Assembly (NCBI GenBank): GCA_951406725.2
Contig: OX597817.1
Span: 104,532,001 to 104,596,000, forward strand
Direction: 5' to 3'
DNA length: 64,000 bases
Origin: Octopus vulgaris
Taxonomy: Eukaryota
Shown: positions 13,472-25,507 of the stretch, one piece after another
How the letters are laid out: each line of letters begins with the position of its first letter
Position numbering within the stretch: the stretch's first letter is position 1
Notes under the pieces: model-generated
Database searches by the model: none
Seen by the model: only the letters and a program-made list of their open reading frames with translations
What the model was told of the DNA's origin: nothing
Position numbers and translations under genes: made by a program

Positions 13472-13705
13472 CCCTTTCACTGTGAAATTAAATTTCATGG
13501 TTATTCCAATAATGATGCTAAATAACTACCATAAAGTACAATTTGTATTTTCTGCAAGCCACATTGCCTCAATAAACTTGACATATCTCAACAGGAAAGT
13601 TTCAAACATGACATTCCTCAATTAAAGATAGGTTGGTATATAAAACTGCTTCCTGCCGTTTAGGATAATTTTCAGTGGATATATCTACTTTCCACAGTAA
13701 AAGGG
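13472..13705. mobile_element. piggyBac-like MITE (second family)
   Basis: TTAA|ccctttcactgtg...cacagtaaaaggg|TTAA. Confidence 0.75.
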
Positions 13706-16413
13706 TTAATATTTCAAACCATGTAAACAAAAGAATTTCATATATCATTATCATCATTTAATGTCCATTTTCCTGTGCTGGCATGAATTGGACTATTATA
13801 ATAGAAAAAATAAAACTGGTAAAAAATAAACTATTTGAGTTTATAAGCTATAACTGAATTCATGGTCCAAACTGATTTGGATCTGTCCAGAGTCGTGGAT
13901 CCCAAAATGACAAATACCAGATACCCTCTCACTAAAATACTGGGGAAATGTTTTACTCTCAACTTCATTAATGAGAATGCAAAATAGAGTTTGCTTCCAT
14001 ATAACTGTCTTTTCTTTATCATGATGTTGGGCAAGTTTCAAAAGTCATCTTAATTTTATTTAACATGGCAATTTGTTCACCCTTTTTTTAATCCTCATCA
14101 CCATCATTTAACATCTGTTTTCCGTGCTGGCATGTGTTGGATGGCTTGACAGGAACTGACAAGGTCAGGGGACGCACCAGGTTCCATAGTCTGTTTTGGC
14201 TTGACTTCTATGACTGGATGCCCTTCTTAATGCTAACTGCTTCACTGAGTGTAATGGGTGCTTTTTATGTGGCACTAGCACCAGTGCTTTTTACATGGCA
14301 CCAGCATCTACACTAATGCTTTTTTGTGGCACCTTGGTTTTAGGATCTACATTCTGTTGTGGTGCACAGGTCACAAACCCCACCAATGAAAAACACTGGT
14401 CTAAAGACACTGCTCTAGTTTTATAATGAGCTGAGTGATCACATAAATGGTAATAGTTATTACAGTTATTCATCTATCTGACACACAATATTAGGATAAA
14501 ATATATTAAAAATGATCATTACTAACCAACTCTGTATAACTTACATTGATTTATATAACATTTAAATATGTTTGGTTAACAATGCAGGACATTCTTTTTG
14601 TATAGATACAAACCTGATTAAATTAGTAAACACTTGTAATCTGTGGCTTATTAACTCACCATCATTACCAACATCCTGCAACCTTTTCTTATAACCCTCA
14701 TCAATTAATGTTTTCGATACTAAACTGCCCTGGCTCTATGATATAAACTTCCTGTTTATTTAAATTAAAACCTTCTATTGAAATTTCAAGTTAATTTATG
14801 TTGCAAATACCAGCTTAATAATGACAAAGTTATCTTACTGAATTCTCCATTATTTTCAAAATTAATTGAACAAAGACTGTATTTCAACAGAACTATGTTA
14901 ACAAACAGTTTAAGCATCAACTTTCCATAGTGATATGAAATCAATTCAAAATGAATGACTTAATATATCTGTAAGCAATAACTTGGCTGAGAATTGGATT
15001 CATAGAATCCAATATTCAAAGAAGAGAATAGGTTTAAGTAATATGTACTTTAGTTTACATCCAACCAACATGTTCTGTTCTTTTCAATGGCTGTGTGAGA
15101 AAGAGAAAATATATTTTGCTCTTGTTCAGACTTAAAGTAATCGAATACTGATAATTTGACATTTAGAGAAAATTTTATTGTAAAAATAATGTAATAAGGA
15201 TAATGAATATTCATTTAGTCTTTTATTGGTTTCAATCATTGGACTGTGGCTAGGCAGGGCACCATTTTAAGGGTTCAGTCAATCGCATTAACCCCAGTAC
15301 TTATTTCAGTCTATCATTTTATCTGAGCTACAGGATATAAAAGTATACAACATAAAAGACAGCAGTTTTTTTTAGACCATTGTAAGCACACACACACACA
15401 CAATGAATTTCTGCATAGTTTCCATCTACCAAATTCTAAACACAAGGTATTAGTGAATCTAAGGCTACAGTAAGAGACACTTGCCTATGGTGCTAAGAAA
15501 TAGGATCAAATCCAAAATCACATAGTTGTGAAACAAACTTGTTAACCTCAAAGACATATTTGCATCTATAGACAGCAAGCTAGTCATTTCAAAACAGAGG
15601 TTCTAAATATAAATGGCTTTAGAAAGAGAACACAATATGTTGTTAATGCCTAATATAATTAGTTTTCTCTGTAGGATAATTTTGAAACTAATTAATTTAA
15701 ACAGAGATAATATTTCTGAAGTGCTGGAATAATAAATAGTTTTACACAATCCACATCAAAACATATATCATATTGTATACCAACAAATTTAATTGAAAAG
15801 TTGCAGTTGAGTAAAACAGAAGCCAAACAATACCATAATTAATTATAATTTAATTAGACAAACAGAAAGGCAAACACTAAATATGTAATTTTTGAGTATT
15901 TGCTTAATGTTACTAAGACAATGGACCACAATGGTATCGTGATTTTAAGTCGGCTAACAGAAAATCAGCAATGCCTATTGTGATTTTGAACAAGAAACAG
16001 TTGACAAGTTCTTGTATTTAGTAGATAAAATGTGTTAGGAAGGATACTAGTGATAGCACAATGTGTCTTCTTTCTAAGATTCCTGCCGAGAGTAGATCAG
16101 AGAAAAGTAGATCTTACAGGACAAGACAGCTAAGCAGACAGAAAGGGAAAAGGAGAATGTCAGGAGGCACATAATCCATGCTAGCATGAAAACGTGGGTG
16201 TGAAAGGTATGTTAATGAGATATATATGTTTCCACTAGTTCATTAACTTTATCGCTAATTTAATTGCCTTTCACCAAGTTTCAAAGTTTTTCTTTTAATA
16301 TCAGTTATTATTTCTTTCTTTTGTAGACTGCAATCCATTATCACTTAATTATGAATTTTCATTATAATCAATTAATAAACAATAGCAATTAGCATTTAAT
16401 AAATTTTACTTAC

Positions 16414-16582
16414 CACTCAACACATCAGGGCTTATATAAGCAGGACTTCCTCGCTGATCTTTTAACAAATCTTTTTCGGACACCAAGTGTTTTCCAAGAC
16501 AAAAGTTAGTGATAGTAACTCTTCTTGATCGTTTGTTCAACACTATGTTTCCAAGTTTTAAATCACGATGGACGATATTTTT
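16414..16582 (-). CDS. STK40: STK40 coding exon 5 (catalytic loop and activation segment)
   Basis: KNIVHRDLKLGNIVLNKRSRRVTITNFCLGKHLVSEKDLLKDQRGSPAYISPDVLS. HRDLKLGN and NFC in place of DFG are diagnostic of STK40. Confidence 0.97.
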
Positions 16583-16909
16583 CTGAGAAGAATCATGGAA
16601 TAATAAGTAAAATTATGAAAATATTTATAGTGCGATACAAGCATTTCAAATATAATTCTATATTAACTTTATTAAAAACATCTAATTTGTGTATAACTGT
16701 AAAACTGAAAAGGTACAAGCCTGTTTAATCATCACTAAAAAAAGAAAGTTATTAAAATCCAATCAAAATAACTTGTTCACTAATTAGCTGATAATTTTTT
16801 TTCTTGTAACTTTTATGAAGCTTAAAAAGGAAATTTATAATTTAAATATAGTGCAATTTATTATTTCTACTTTCTCTTTAAGATAAAGTACAGGGAAATA
16901 AACTTATAA

Positions 16910-18365
16910 ATAATAATAATAATAATAATAATAATTGTGTACAGTGCTCAGGTGCACTACAACTCATCTAAAGTGTATATATAATCAGGTGTAGTTTCGA
17001 CGGATTTCGGGAAGCATGAGGGCCTTAAAGGATGCAGTGTCATGGCAGTCAACAACTGATGCAGGCAGTTTATTCCACGCTTCAGCAACCCTGAGCGTGA
17101 AAAATGTTTCCGAAAGTCATGGGAGCTGTGCTGTTTTCTGACTTTGTAGGCATGTCCACATGTGTTAGACACATGGAGATCAAAAAGGTGTTCAGTGTTG
17201 TTGTTGGTGAGGTGGTTGATAACCTTGTGGGTGTTTACCAAGTCCGTCGCCAGACGCCGGAGCTTCAGTGAATCCATGCCCAGGGAAACAAGGCGCTCAG
17301 AATATGGTAGGTGTCTGATGGAGGGTATGCGTTTGGTTGCACGTCTCTGGACAGATTCCAGGAGGTCAATGTTCTGAGCAAGATAGGGATTCCAAACTGA
17401 TGATGCGAATTCCAAGTGTGGTCGTACCATAGCTGTATACAGTTTTAAATAGATGGCTGGAGAGTGGCTAACAAAAGTCTTGCTGAGTGATGCCAAGACA
17501 CCCTCGGCCTTCTTGATAATTTTAGAGATATGCTTTGTCCAACGCAAATCACTGCTGACAGTGATGCCTAGGTCACGCTCGCAAGAGGATTTCTTGATAT
17601 CAGTGTTGTGGAGGGAGTATGTGGACGCAGGGTTTTTTCTCCCAAAATGCATGGTGGTACACTTGTCCACAGCCAGTTTCAGTTGCCAGTCTGTGATCCA
17701 TTGCTGCATTGTGTCTAGGTCTGATTGCAGGAAAGAGTTGTAGACATCAGGATCAGTCCTCTTGATTTCAAGGTACAGCTTGATGTCGTCTGCATATTTC
17801 AATACTGTGGCATTCTTTAAATTGGCATCTATGTCATTAATGTATGCCACAAACAGGAGGGGACCAAGGACAGATCCCTGTGGTACACCCGATGACATCT
17901 CATATGGTGTAGAGTGCTGTCCTAGAACTGTGACTACCTCCTTTCGGCTGAGGATGAAGGATTTCAACCAGTTAAAAAGGTCATCCCCCACACCCATTGC
18001 AGAGAGTTTCACCATAAGCCTTTTGTGTGGCACAGAGTTGAAAGCCTTAGCAAAGTCAAGGTAGACAACATCCACCCATGAGCCACTGTCAGTGATCTGA
18101 GTAATGTCCTCAAGGAACTCGACAAGCTGGTCACTGCAGCTGGAGTTAGGGACAAATCCATATTGTGAGGGTCGGATGAGACTGTGAGAGCTCCAGAAGT
18201 TCCAGAGTGTTTCTCTGACACACGATTCCATCAGTTTTGCAATACAGCTAGTGAGACTGACTGGGCGATAGTTGACAGGTGATGTGCGGTCACCCTTTTT
18301 GAACAGAGGAATGACACTGGCAGTTTTCCACTGCTCCGGAGTAGCACCATTGTTGAGACATTGTG
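16910..18365 (-). mobile_element. 5'-truncated CR1-clade LINE (RT domain and 3' end) in STK40 intron 4
   Basis: NYRPVSLTS, YLDFAKAF, GVPQGSVLGP, YADD, LGITVSSDLRW, VRPHLEF; (TTA)n tail at 16910-16934; 1-nt frameshift near the C-terminus. Confidence 0.95.
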
Positions 18366-18707
18366 AACTCAGTATCAACAAAAATAAAACATTGTTTTTT
18401 AGTATCAATAATAGTTCAATACCATTATTGATATTAAATAAAATAATCTTAGTAGAAACAGAAGATTGAATATTTCTAAGTCATACTCTTTTAATAATTA
18501 ATAGGAATACTGTTATTTATAATAATATCTTTTGGATATACTTCATTCAAAGGGCCTCTAAATCTAGTGAAATTATTACAAAAAAGAGGCAAAAGGGAGA
18601 TTATATTTTTGGTATCAGAAAAATCTAATTAAAGAAAATATTAAAAAATTTAAGCTACTTTTGCATGCTGTACCTTAAGATCATTAGTTAAAAAAAGAAA
18701 AACATAC

Positions 18708-18944
18708 TTTGTGTAAACTTTCAACAATTCTCACGATATCAGCAAAAATTATGACAGCTTCTTTTTCACTAAGTTTCTTCTCTTTGATCACATAATGCTG
18801 AAGATTTATGAGATCAGATGTTTTACTACTAAAATCGTGGGGAATAAGACAATCTAAAACTAAACAGAGACGATTGCGGATTCTTCCAGTATATTCAATA
18901 CAGCCATTGGAGTTCAGAGTATCCTTTTCTTCATGTGCTTGGTC
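18708..18944 (-). CDS. STK40: STK40 coding exon 4
   Basis: DQAHEEKD...RLCLVLDCLIPHDFSSKTSDLINLQHYVIKEKKLSEKEAVIIFADIVRIVESLHK; 237 nt. Confidence 0.95.
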
Positions 18945-19945
18945 CTATTAATATAAAACATTATAAAATATTTACATGGTGGAAGATTAACAACAGCCAT
19001 TTAAAATACACACGTTAACAATTATATTCACTTTCACTTTAGTTTTGTGATAGTACTGCATATTATAAAGTGTTGAAAAATGTTGTCACAATCTACAACC
19101 TGACACAGTTCTGCTGCATTATAAAATATATATCTGCCATATACACTAAATACATTAGATCTCTTTCTATAACACTAATTCATATTTCAATTGTATGGTA
19201 AGAAGCTTGCTTCCCAACCACATGGTTCCAAGTTCAATCCAAGTGTTTGGCACCTTGGGCAAGTGTTCTACTATAGTCTTAGGCCAACCAGAGCCTTGTA
19301 AGTGGATTTGGTAGATGGAAACTAAAAGACTCTTGTAGTTTATCTATATGTGTGTGTGTGTGTGATTGTGTGTGTCTTCATATCTGTGTATTCACATCCC
19401 TGTAATTTAACAGTTTAGCAGAAGAGACTGATAGAATAAGTAGCAGGCTTAACTAAAAGATTAGTACTGGGATTGATTCATTTGACTAAAATTCTTCAGC
19501 ATGGTCACAGTCTAATGAATGAAACAATTAAAAAAAAAAACAGAAAACATTAGGCAACAGTATAAATAATCCAAATGCAGATCTATGTATTTGAGATATT
19601 TGGTCCCAGTTCTTTTTATAACATACAAATTTTGTAAACAATAGTACTGTTGGTTATAGCTTCCAAGTGGGTTTAATTCAGACAAAAGAAAATATCACTC
19701 AACAACAATAACAACTACAATGATAATAATGATGAAATAAGTACATATATAACAAATCTTCCTTTGTACTACTAAAGAAAATGGCTAACAGTATTGGCTT
19801 TGTGGTCATCACATCTTGTGAAAGCACATTGTCACTAAACAAAGTGTGATAACTAAACTGAATTGTTTTATTGTTGTTTAATCCCAAGTTAGTCTTATTC
19901 CTACAATCAAAGGCTCTACAGCCATGACCATTTGGTCTCTGAGTA

Positions 19946-20413
19946 TCATCATCATCATCATTCATTTAGCGTCCGTTTTCCATGCTAGCATGGGTTGGAC
20001 GGTTCAACTGGGGTCTGGGGAGCCCGAAGGCTGCACCAGGCCAGTCAAATCTGGCAGTGTTTCTACAGCTGGATGCCCTTCCTAACGCCAACCACTCCGA
20101 GAGTGTAGTGGGTGATTTTATGTGCCACCGACACAGGTGCCAGACGAGGCTGGCGAACGGCCACGCTCGGATGGTGTTTTTTGTGCCACCGACACAGGTG
20201 CCAGACAAGGCTGGCAGACGGCCACGCTCGGATGGTGTTTTTATGTGCCACCGACACAGGTGCCAGATGAGGCTGGCGAACGGCCACGATCGGATGGTGT
20301 TTGTTACGTGCCCACAGCACGGAGGCCAGTCGATGCGGTACTGGCTACGGCCACGTTCGGATGGTTTTCTTGTGTGCCACCAGCACTGGTACCACAAAGA
20401 TACAAATTCCATA
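19946..20413 (-). mobile_element. RTE 3'-end copy with ~60-bp tandem repeats (representative of many tail copies)
   Basis: Matches the 3'UTR of the RTE at 28100-28620. Similar copies near 1480(+), 2301(-), 7185(+), 10635(-), 12190(+), 12692(+), 14095(-), 43555(-), 47103(-), 47805(-), 49188(-) and 50272(-). Confidence 0.9.
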
Positions 20414-20585
20414 GGAACAATATATCGTCCAGCATATCTTTCTTCAAATTGGTAGGGTGTGATTTGGAGATTTGATTGCTATTTCTAGCAAGTCAAGCAA
20501 TCACAGATGCTTTCTCAGTAAAGATAAAAGGTTCAGACAAAGTCCCTTGTCTGATGGATAAAATGATTAAAGAGAGAGAGAGAGA

Positions 20586-20618
<33 letters not shown>

Positions 20619-20976
20619 CCCATATCCCACCACCTCTTGACAACTAGTGTTGGTTTGTAATTTAGCAGTTCAGAGAAAGAAACTGATAGAATAAGCACCG
20701 GTCTTTAAAAAATAAGTACTGGGGTCAATTCACTTGACTAAAAGCCCTTCAAGACGGAGCCCCAGCATGGCTACAATCAAATGACTGAAACAAGTAAAAA
20801 AAAATAAAATAAAAATTAAATCTAAAAAAAAAATGAAATAAATATAACAGCAAAAGACACATTTATATACTTCAATAATAAGACAGTGACATCCTTTCCT
20901 GGAGACAATGTTATAACAGTTACATTCAGAAGACATGGGATAAAGATACTTAAAAATAAAATTAATCAATACTAAC

Positions 20977-21111
20977 TTTGAACAATCCATGATGATGTAC
21001 AACACCATCTTGGTTGTGTAGTAGTGAAAGCAGTGAATATTCTGTATGCATTAACATTTTACCTTGATGGTCATCTTGGTTAGCATGCTCTGAATCTTCC
21101 ATTGTTAATAT
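20977..21111 (-). CDS. STK40: STK40 coding exon 3
   Basis: ILTMEDSEHANQDDHQGKMLMHTEYSLLSLLHNQDGVVHHHGLFK; 135 nt, phase 0-0. Confidence 0.95.
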
Positions 21112-23144
21112 CTACAACAACAATCAACAGAACATTGTGAAATATTACAGGTATTTAAAATTATTTTTTCATCATAATTTTTCATAGGTTCCCCATACTT
21201 AGAAGAATTAAAATAATAGCAAGACACAGCAACCTCTTTCTATAAGTATACAGAAGTATAAGGAAGCATTTATATACACTGCTCTGAAGCTTAACAAATT
21301 ACATACCTAATACATCTGAACATCAGTAAACCCTTTAAATTTTTCAAAACACTTCAAATTTAATTGCAGTTTCTTATTCTAGTGTATCATGTTTTGATAG
21401 TTTAGAAAGACCTTAATATCCTGAATAACACTCTTTTATTCATTTCAGTCATTTGAATGTGGCCATGCTGGAGCACTGCCTTTAGTCGAACAAATCAACC
21501 CTAGGACTTATTCTTTGTCAGCCTAGTACTTATTCTATCGGTCTTTTTGCCAAACCACTAAGTGATGGGGATGTAAATAAGCCACCATCGGTTGTCAAGC
21601 GATGGTGGGGGGACAAACACAGACACACACATACATACATACACATTGTTGTTTAATCCCAAGTTAGTCTTATTCCTACAATCAAAGGCTCTACAGCCAT
21701 GACCATTTCGTCTTTGAGTATCAGGAACAATATGTTGACCAGCATATCTTTCTTCAAAGAGGAGTCTATGCTGGATGTGTTGAAACAATTGTTGTGATTA
21801 ATAATATATTCTCGTATATTCCATCTTCTGTCTTTTATTTGTTAGTCATATATATACACACACATGACGGGCTTCTTTCAGTTTCCATCTACCAAATCCA
21901 CTCACAAGGCTTTGGTTGGCCCGAGGCAATAGTAGAAGACACTTGCACAAGGTGCCAAACAGTGGGACTGAACCTGGAACCATGTGGCTGGTAAGCAAGC
22001 TATTTACCACACAGCCACTCTTCATCATAATTTTAACATTTGTTTTTCCAATGCTTATGTTGGTCAGACAGAATTTGTAGAGGTAGATTTTGCTACATCC
22101 AGATGCCTTTTTATCACAAACCCTCACCCATTTCCTTGTGAGGTAATATTTTGCCTTGACCAGACATGTTTTTATGAAAGATTGGAAATGAAGGACACTG
22201 GTTGTATGACAGTGACATTCATTTACAATACTCACAAAGTCAAGGAAAAGAGACAATAACACACATTTACATGATGGATTTCTTTCACCTTGTATTTGCC
22301 AAATTCACTCACAAGGCTTTGGTCAGTCTGGCACTATAGTAGAAGACACTTGCCCAAGGTGCCATGCAGTGGGAGTGAACCAGACACCATGTGGTTGGGA
22401 AGCAAACATTCTACCACACAGTCATGCCAACGAAAACATGTGCAAAAATATATAAAACCTTTATTCCTTACATATCCTGACATATGGTACTAATTATATA
22501 CGTACAGTGAACAAAAATCTTTATTATTCACTAAAGCAATATATACATTCTTTGCATGGAAGGCTAAAAGACTTGCTGAACTAATATTGGTTTCAAATTT
22601 TAATAGAAGGCCAGTAGTTTCAGAGAGGGGGCAAGTCAATTATATTGACCCCAGTGCTCAACTGGTACTTAATTTATCAACCCTGAAAGGATGAAAAGCA
22701 AAGTCAACCTCAATGGGATTTGAACTCAGAATGTTAGAGACAGACAAAATGCCGCTAAGCATATTGCCCAGCATGGTAATGATTCTGCCAGCTTGCCGCC
22801 TTACTTAGAAACTAACATTATCAACAATAGTATAATCATATAGAATTTTCTATGTCTATAAGCTCCATTACAACTTGGGAACCACACTAGACTTTTTTTT
22901 TCTAGCTTTAGAGTTGTATTTGTATGGTGAATAATTTGATCTGAGATCCTGTGATGAAACTGAAACAATTACATCAGGAAAGACAACTGTAAGCATTTTA
23001 AACACACATATGCCATTATATTAATTTCTGTAGTTTATTTTATATCAAATACTATATAATTTCTTTTCAAAAGGTTTTACTGTACAACTTCATCAATGTG
23101 ATACAGTGACTAAGATGCATGATAAAACTTTTTGAGTTAGGTAA

Positions 23145-24560
23145 ATGGTGATAAATGAAAACCTTTCAGCATGTGTGTTGCCACCTCTCCTTTCCACAAT
23201 TTTTATGAACTGGATTGACATGCACAGCCATTTTGGAAATAGCATCGCAATCAGTGGGTGTAGGATTTGTCAGCTGTTATTTGCAGATGACATGCTGCTA
23301 CTTGGCTCATCAGGAGCTGATAGCTGGCATACACTGAATGGATTTGCTGCTGAGTGCTGCAAAGCAAGGATAAAAATTAGCGTTGTGAAGACTGAGACAC
23401 TGGATCTCTCATAAAAATCTTTGCAGTGCATTGTGCATATTAATGGAACATCACTGAGACAAATGGAGAATTTTAAGCATCTTAGAGCGGTATTCATGAG
23501 AGATGCAAAGCAGGAGGTTGAACTGGATGCTAGAATTGCAGTAATGAGCCAGCTCCTGCATTTAATCCTTTGTAGTGTCTTTTCGACACTGTTATGTCCT
23601 TCTTTGAACTCACTGTATATGTCACTTTATAACATAGACTTATAACAAGGTGATAACAATACAAATATAAATCAGAAACAACATGTGACAAACAATCTCT
23701 TCTCAATGACATATGACTGTTTTCACAAAGCACCTGCACACACCACGCTGTCCTTCACTGATAGTGTGCATATGCCTTTATACGGTTTAAGACAGTTGAC
23801 TTGCTATCCCACAGAGGAGTAAGAATTTCACCACAACATCCTTAAAAGAAGAGAGGTTGGTAAAAAAGCAAAACTCACTATTTTAAATTTGATTTTTGTA
23901 CCTATCCTCACCTGTGGTCACGAATGTTGGGTAATAACCAAAAGAGAGATATCACAAATACATATAGCTGAAATGAGAGTACCTCAGAAGGTTCTCTGGA
24001 ATAACATTACTTGACAAGGTGAGTAGCTCAGAGATCAGGGAGTCTCTCCACGTTGAGCCACTACTTTGCATCGAGAGATCACAGCTCCAGTACTATGGAC
24101 ATGTGATTAAAATGTCTGGCATAGATCACTTCTTTGTTCTGCTTGCTGTCTAATCCATTGACCATGGCTGCTTGGTGATTAAGACATGTTGTTTTGTATT
24201 GGGTAAAGACTGCATTCCTCCATCAACCTCATTTGATGCTGTACCATGCTTTTGTACTCAATAGAAAATAGGATTTCTATATTTTTATCTGCTATTTACT
24301 ATTGTAGAAAAGATTTAATAATAGAGTATTATAGTACATAACAATGTCATAAGAAAGAATCACAAGACAGACTCTTCTAGTCAAGCCAACTGGTAGGAGA
24401 CCAAGGAGTAAATCGAGAACAAGATAGTGGGATAGTATACCTTATCTCAGTTGGTTATGGTTGAGAATCCAACTGGAAAAGACTAATGATAGAACCCTAT
24501 AGAAAAGGGGCCTAAGGACTCTACCTCTATGACCCTCCCAGAAATAAGCAGAAAAGCTGG
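23145..24560 (+). mobile_element. Old degenerate RTE (Rex3/Expander-like) LINE with internal insertions
   Basis: LLFADDMLLL, ELDARIA, FVPILTCGHECWV and ERSQLQYYGHV remnants. Confidence 0.75.
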
Positions 24561-24720
24561 ATGAATGGATGAAGTCCCAAATCTTTAAGGACTTTAATAA
24601 GGTCACCTAATTTTATACAGAATAATAGTTTAATAAATTTAATGGTATTTATTTCCAGGGTTTTATTTTGTGTTTATGGTTGAAATTTTTATCTCCAAAC
24701 ATTGAAATCAATGAGCTTAC

Positions 24721-24806
24721 CTTTAAGGTATAAAATTCATTTGTGCCTTCTTTTCTTGCAAGACACTGAACAATGCTTCGAACTGGAGATGAACCTAGCC
24801 GAGGTC
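24721..24806 (-). CDS. STK40: STK40 coding exon 2
   Basis: (G)PRLGSSPVRSIVQCLARKEGTNEFYTLK; AG/GT boundaries, phases consistent. Confidence 0.95.
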
Positions 24807-25110
24807 CTGTAATAAAACCATGATTAACGTAGCAAGAAATGAACAGATTCAACTACTATTTAAGCAATTTTATATAAAATGGAAAAAAAAAAACAAAACA
24901 AATAAAAACCAGTGAGAAATTTTTGTGTTATAATTCAAGAACTAACATAACATGATCTGATTGATTTCTAGCTAATACAAAGACACAAATTATACTGACC
25001 TCAGTTCTTGACTAGTATTATTCTGCCATGCCTGTGTCTGCTATTCTATGAAATACAGAAAATAAAGACTTCTGACAGGTCCAACAAATACATAATAAAT
25101 AATAACATAC

Positions 25111-25264
25111 CTAACAAATAAGGACCAGCTCGTTTAACTCCTCTTCTTGAAGTTGGCAATGGTTTATGGACTTCACATGGAGATGCTTTAGAAATCTCAA
25201 AGGCATGCTTGTTGTTTTTACGTTTTGCTACATTATCACTTTCTCCCACACTTCTTCTCTTCAT
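25111..25264 (-). CDS. STK40: Serine/threonine-protein kinase 40, coding exon 1
   Basis: ATG at 25264 gives MKRRSVGESDN...GVKRAGPYLL(G), with donor |gtatgt. The MKRR start and KRAGPxxLG motif match STK40. Confidence 0.9.
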
Positions 25265-25507
25265 TTTAGCATTCAATGGCAGGAATTTTTACAGACTGTT
25301 AACTGTGTAATATGAACAGATAAAAAAAAATGGAGAAAATTAGTCAAGACATTAGTAAAGGACATACATAGATAAAACCTGGACTGTATAAAAAATTAAA
25401 CATGCAATTGGAAGATTCTTACAGAAGACAAAATCAACCTCAAGTAGAAATGCCAATCATATACTTCAAATTATATCTAAGCTTATCAGTGCATACAAAA
25501 ATTTTTT

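Noticed and set aside
16957-18408. 483-aa ORF as a host gene
   Set aside because: It is the RT of a truncated CR1 LINE. The N-terminal residues come from flanking intron and the C-terminus is frameshifted.
19966-20475. Overlapping ORFs on both strands and a regularly spaced repeat resembling a CRISPR array
   Set aside because: The units are contiguous ~60-bp tandem repeats of the RTE 3'UTR with no unique spacers; the context is eukaryotic with no cas genes.
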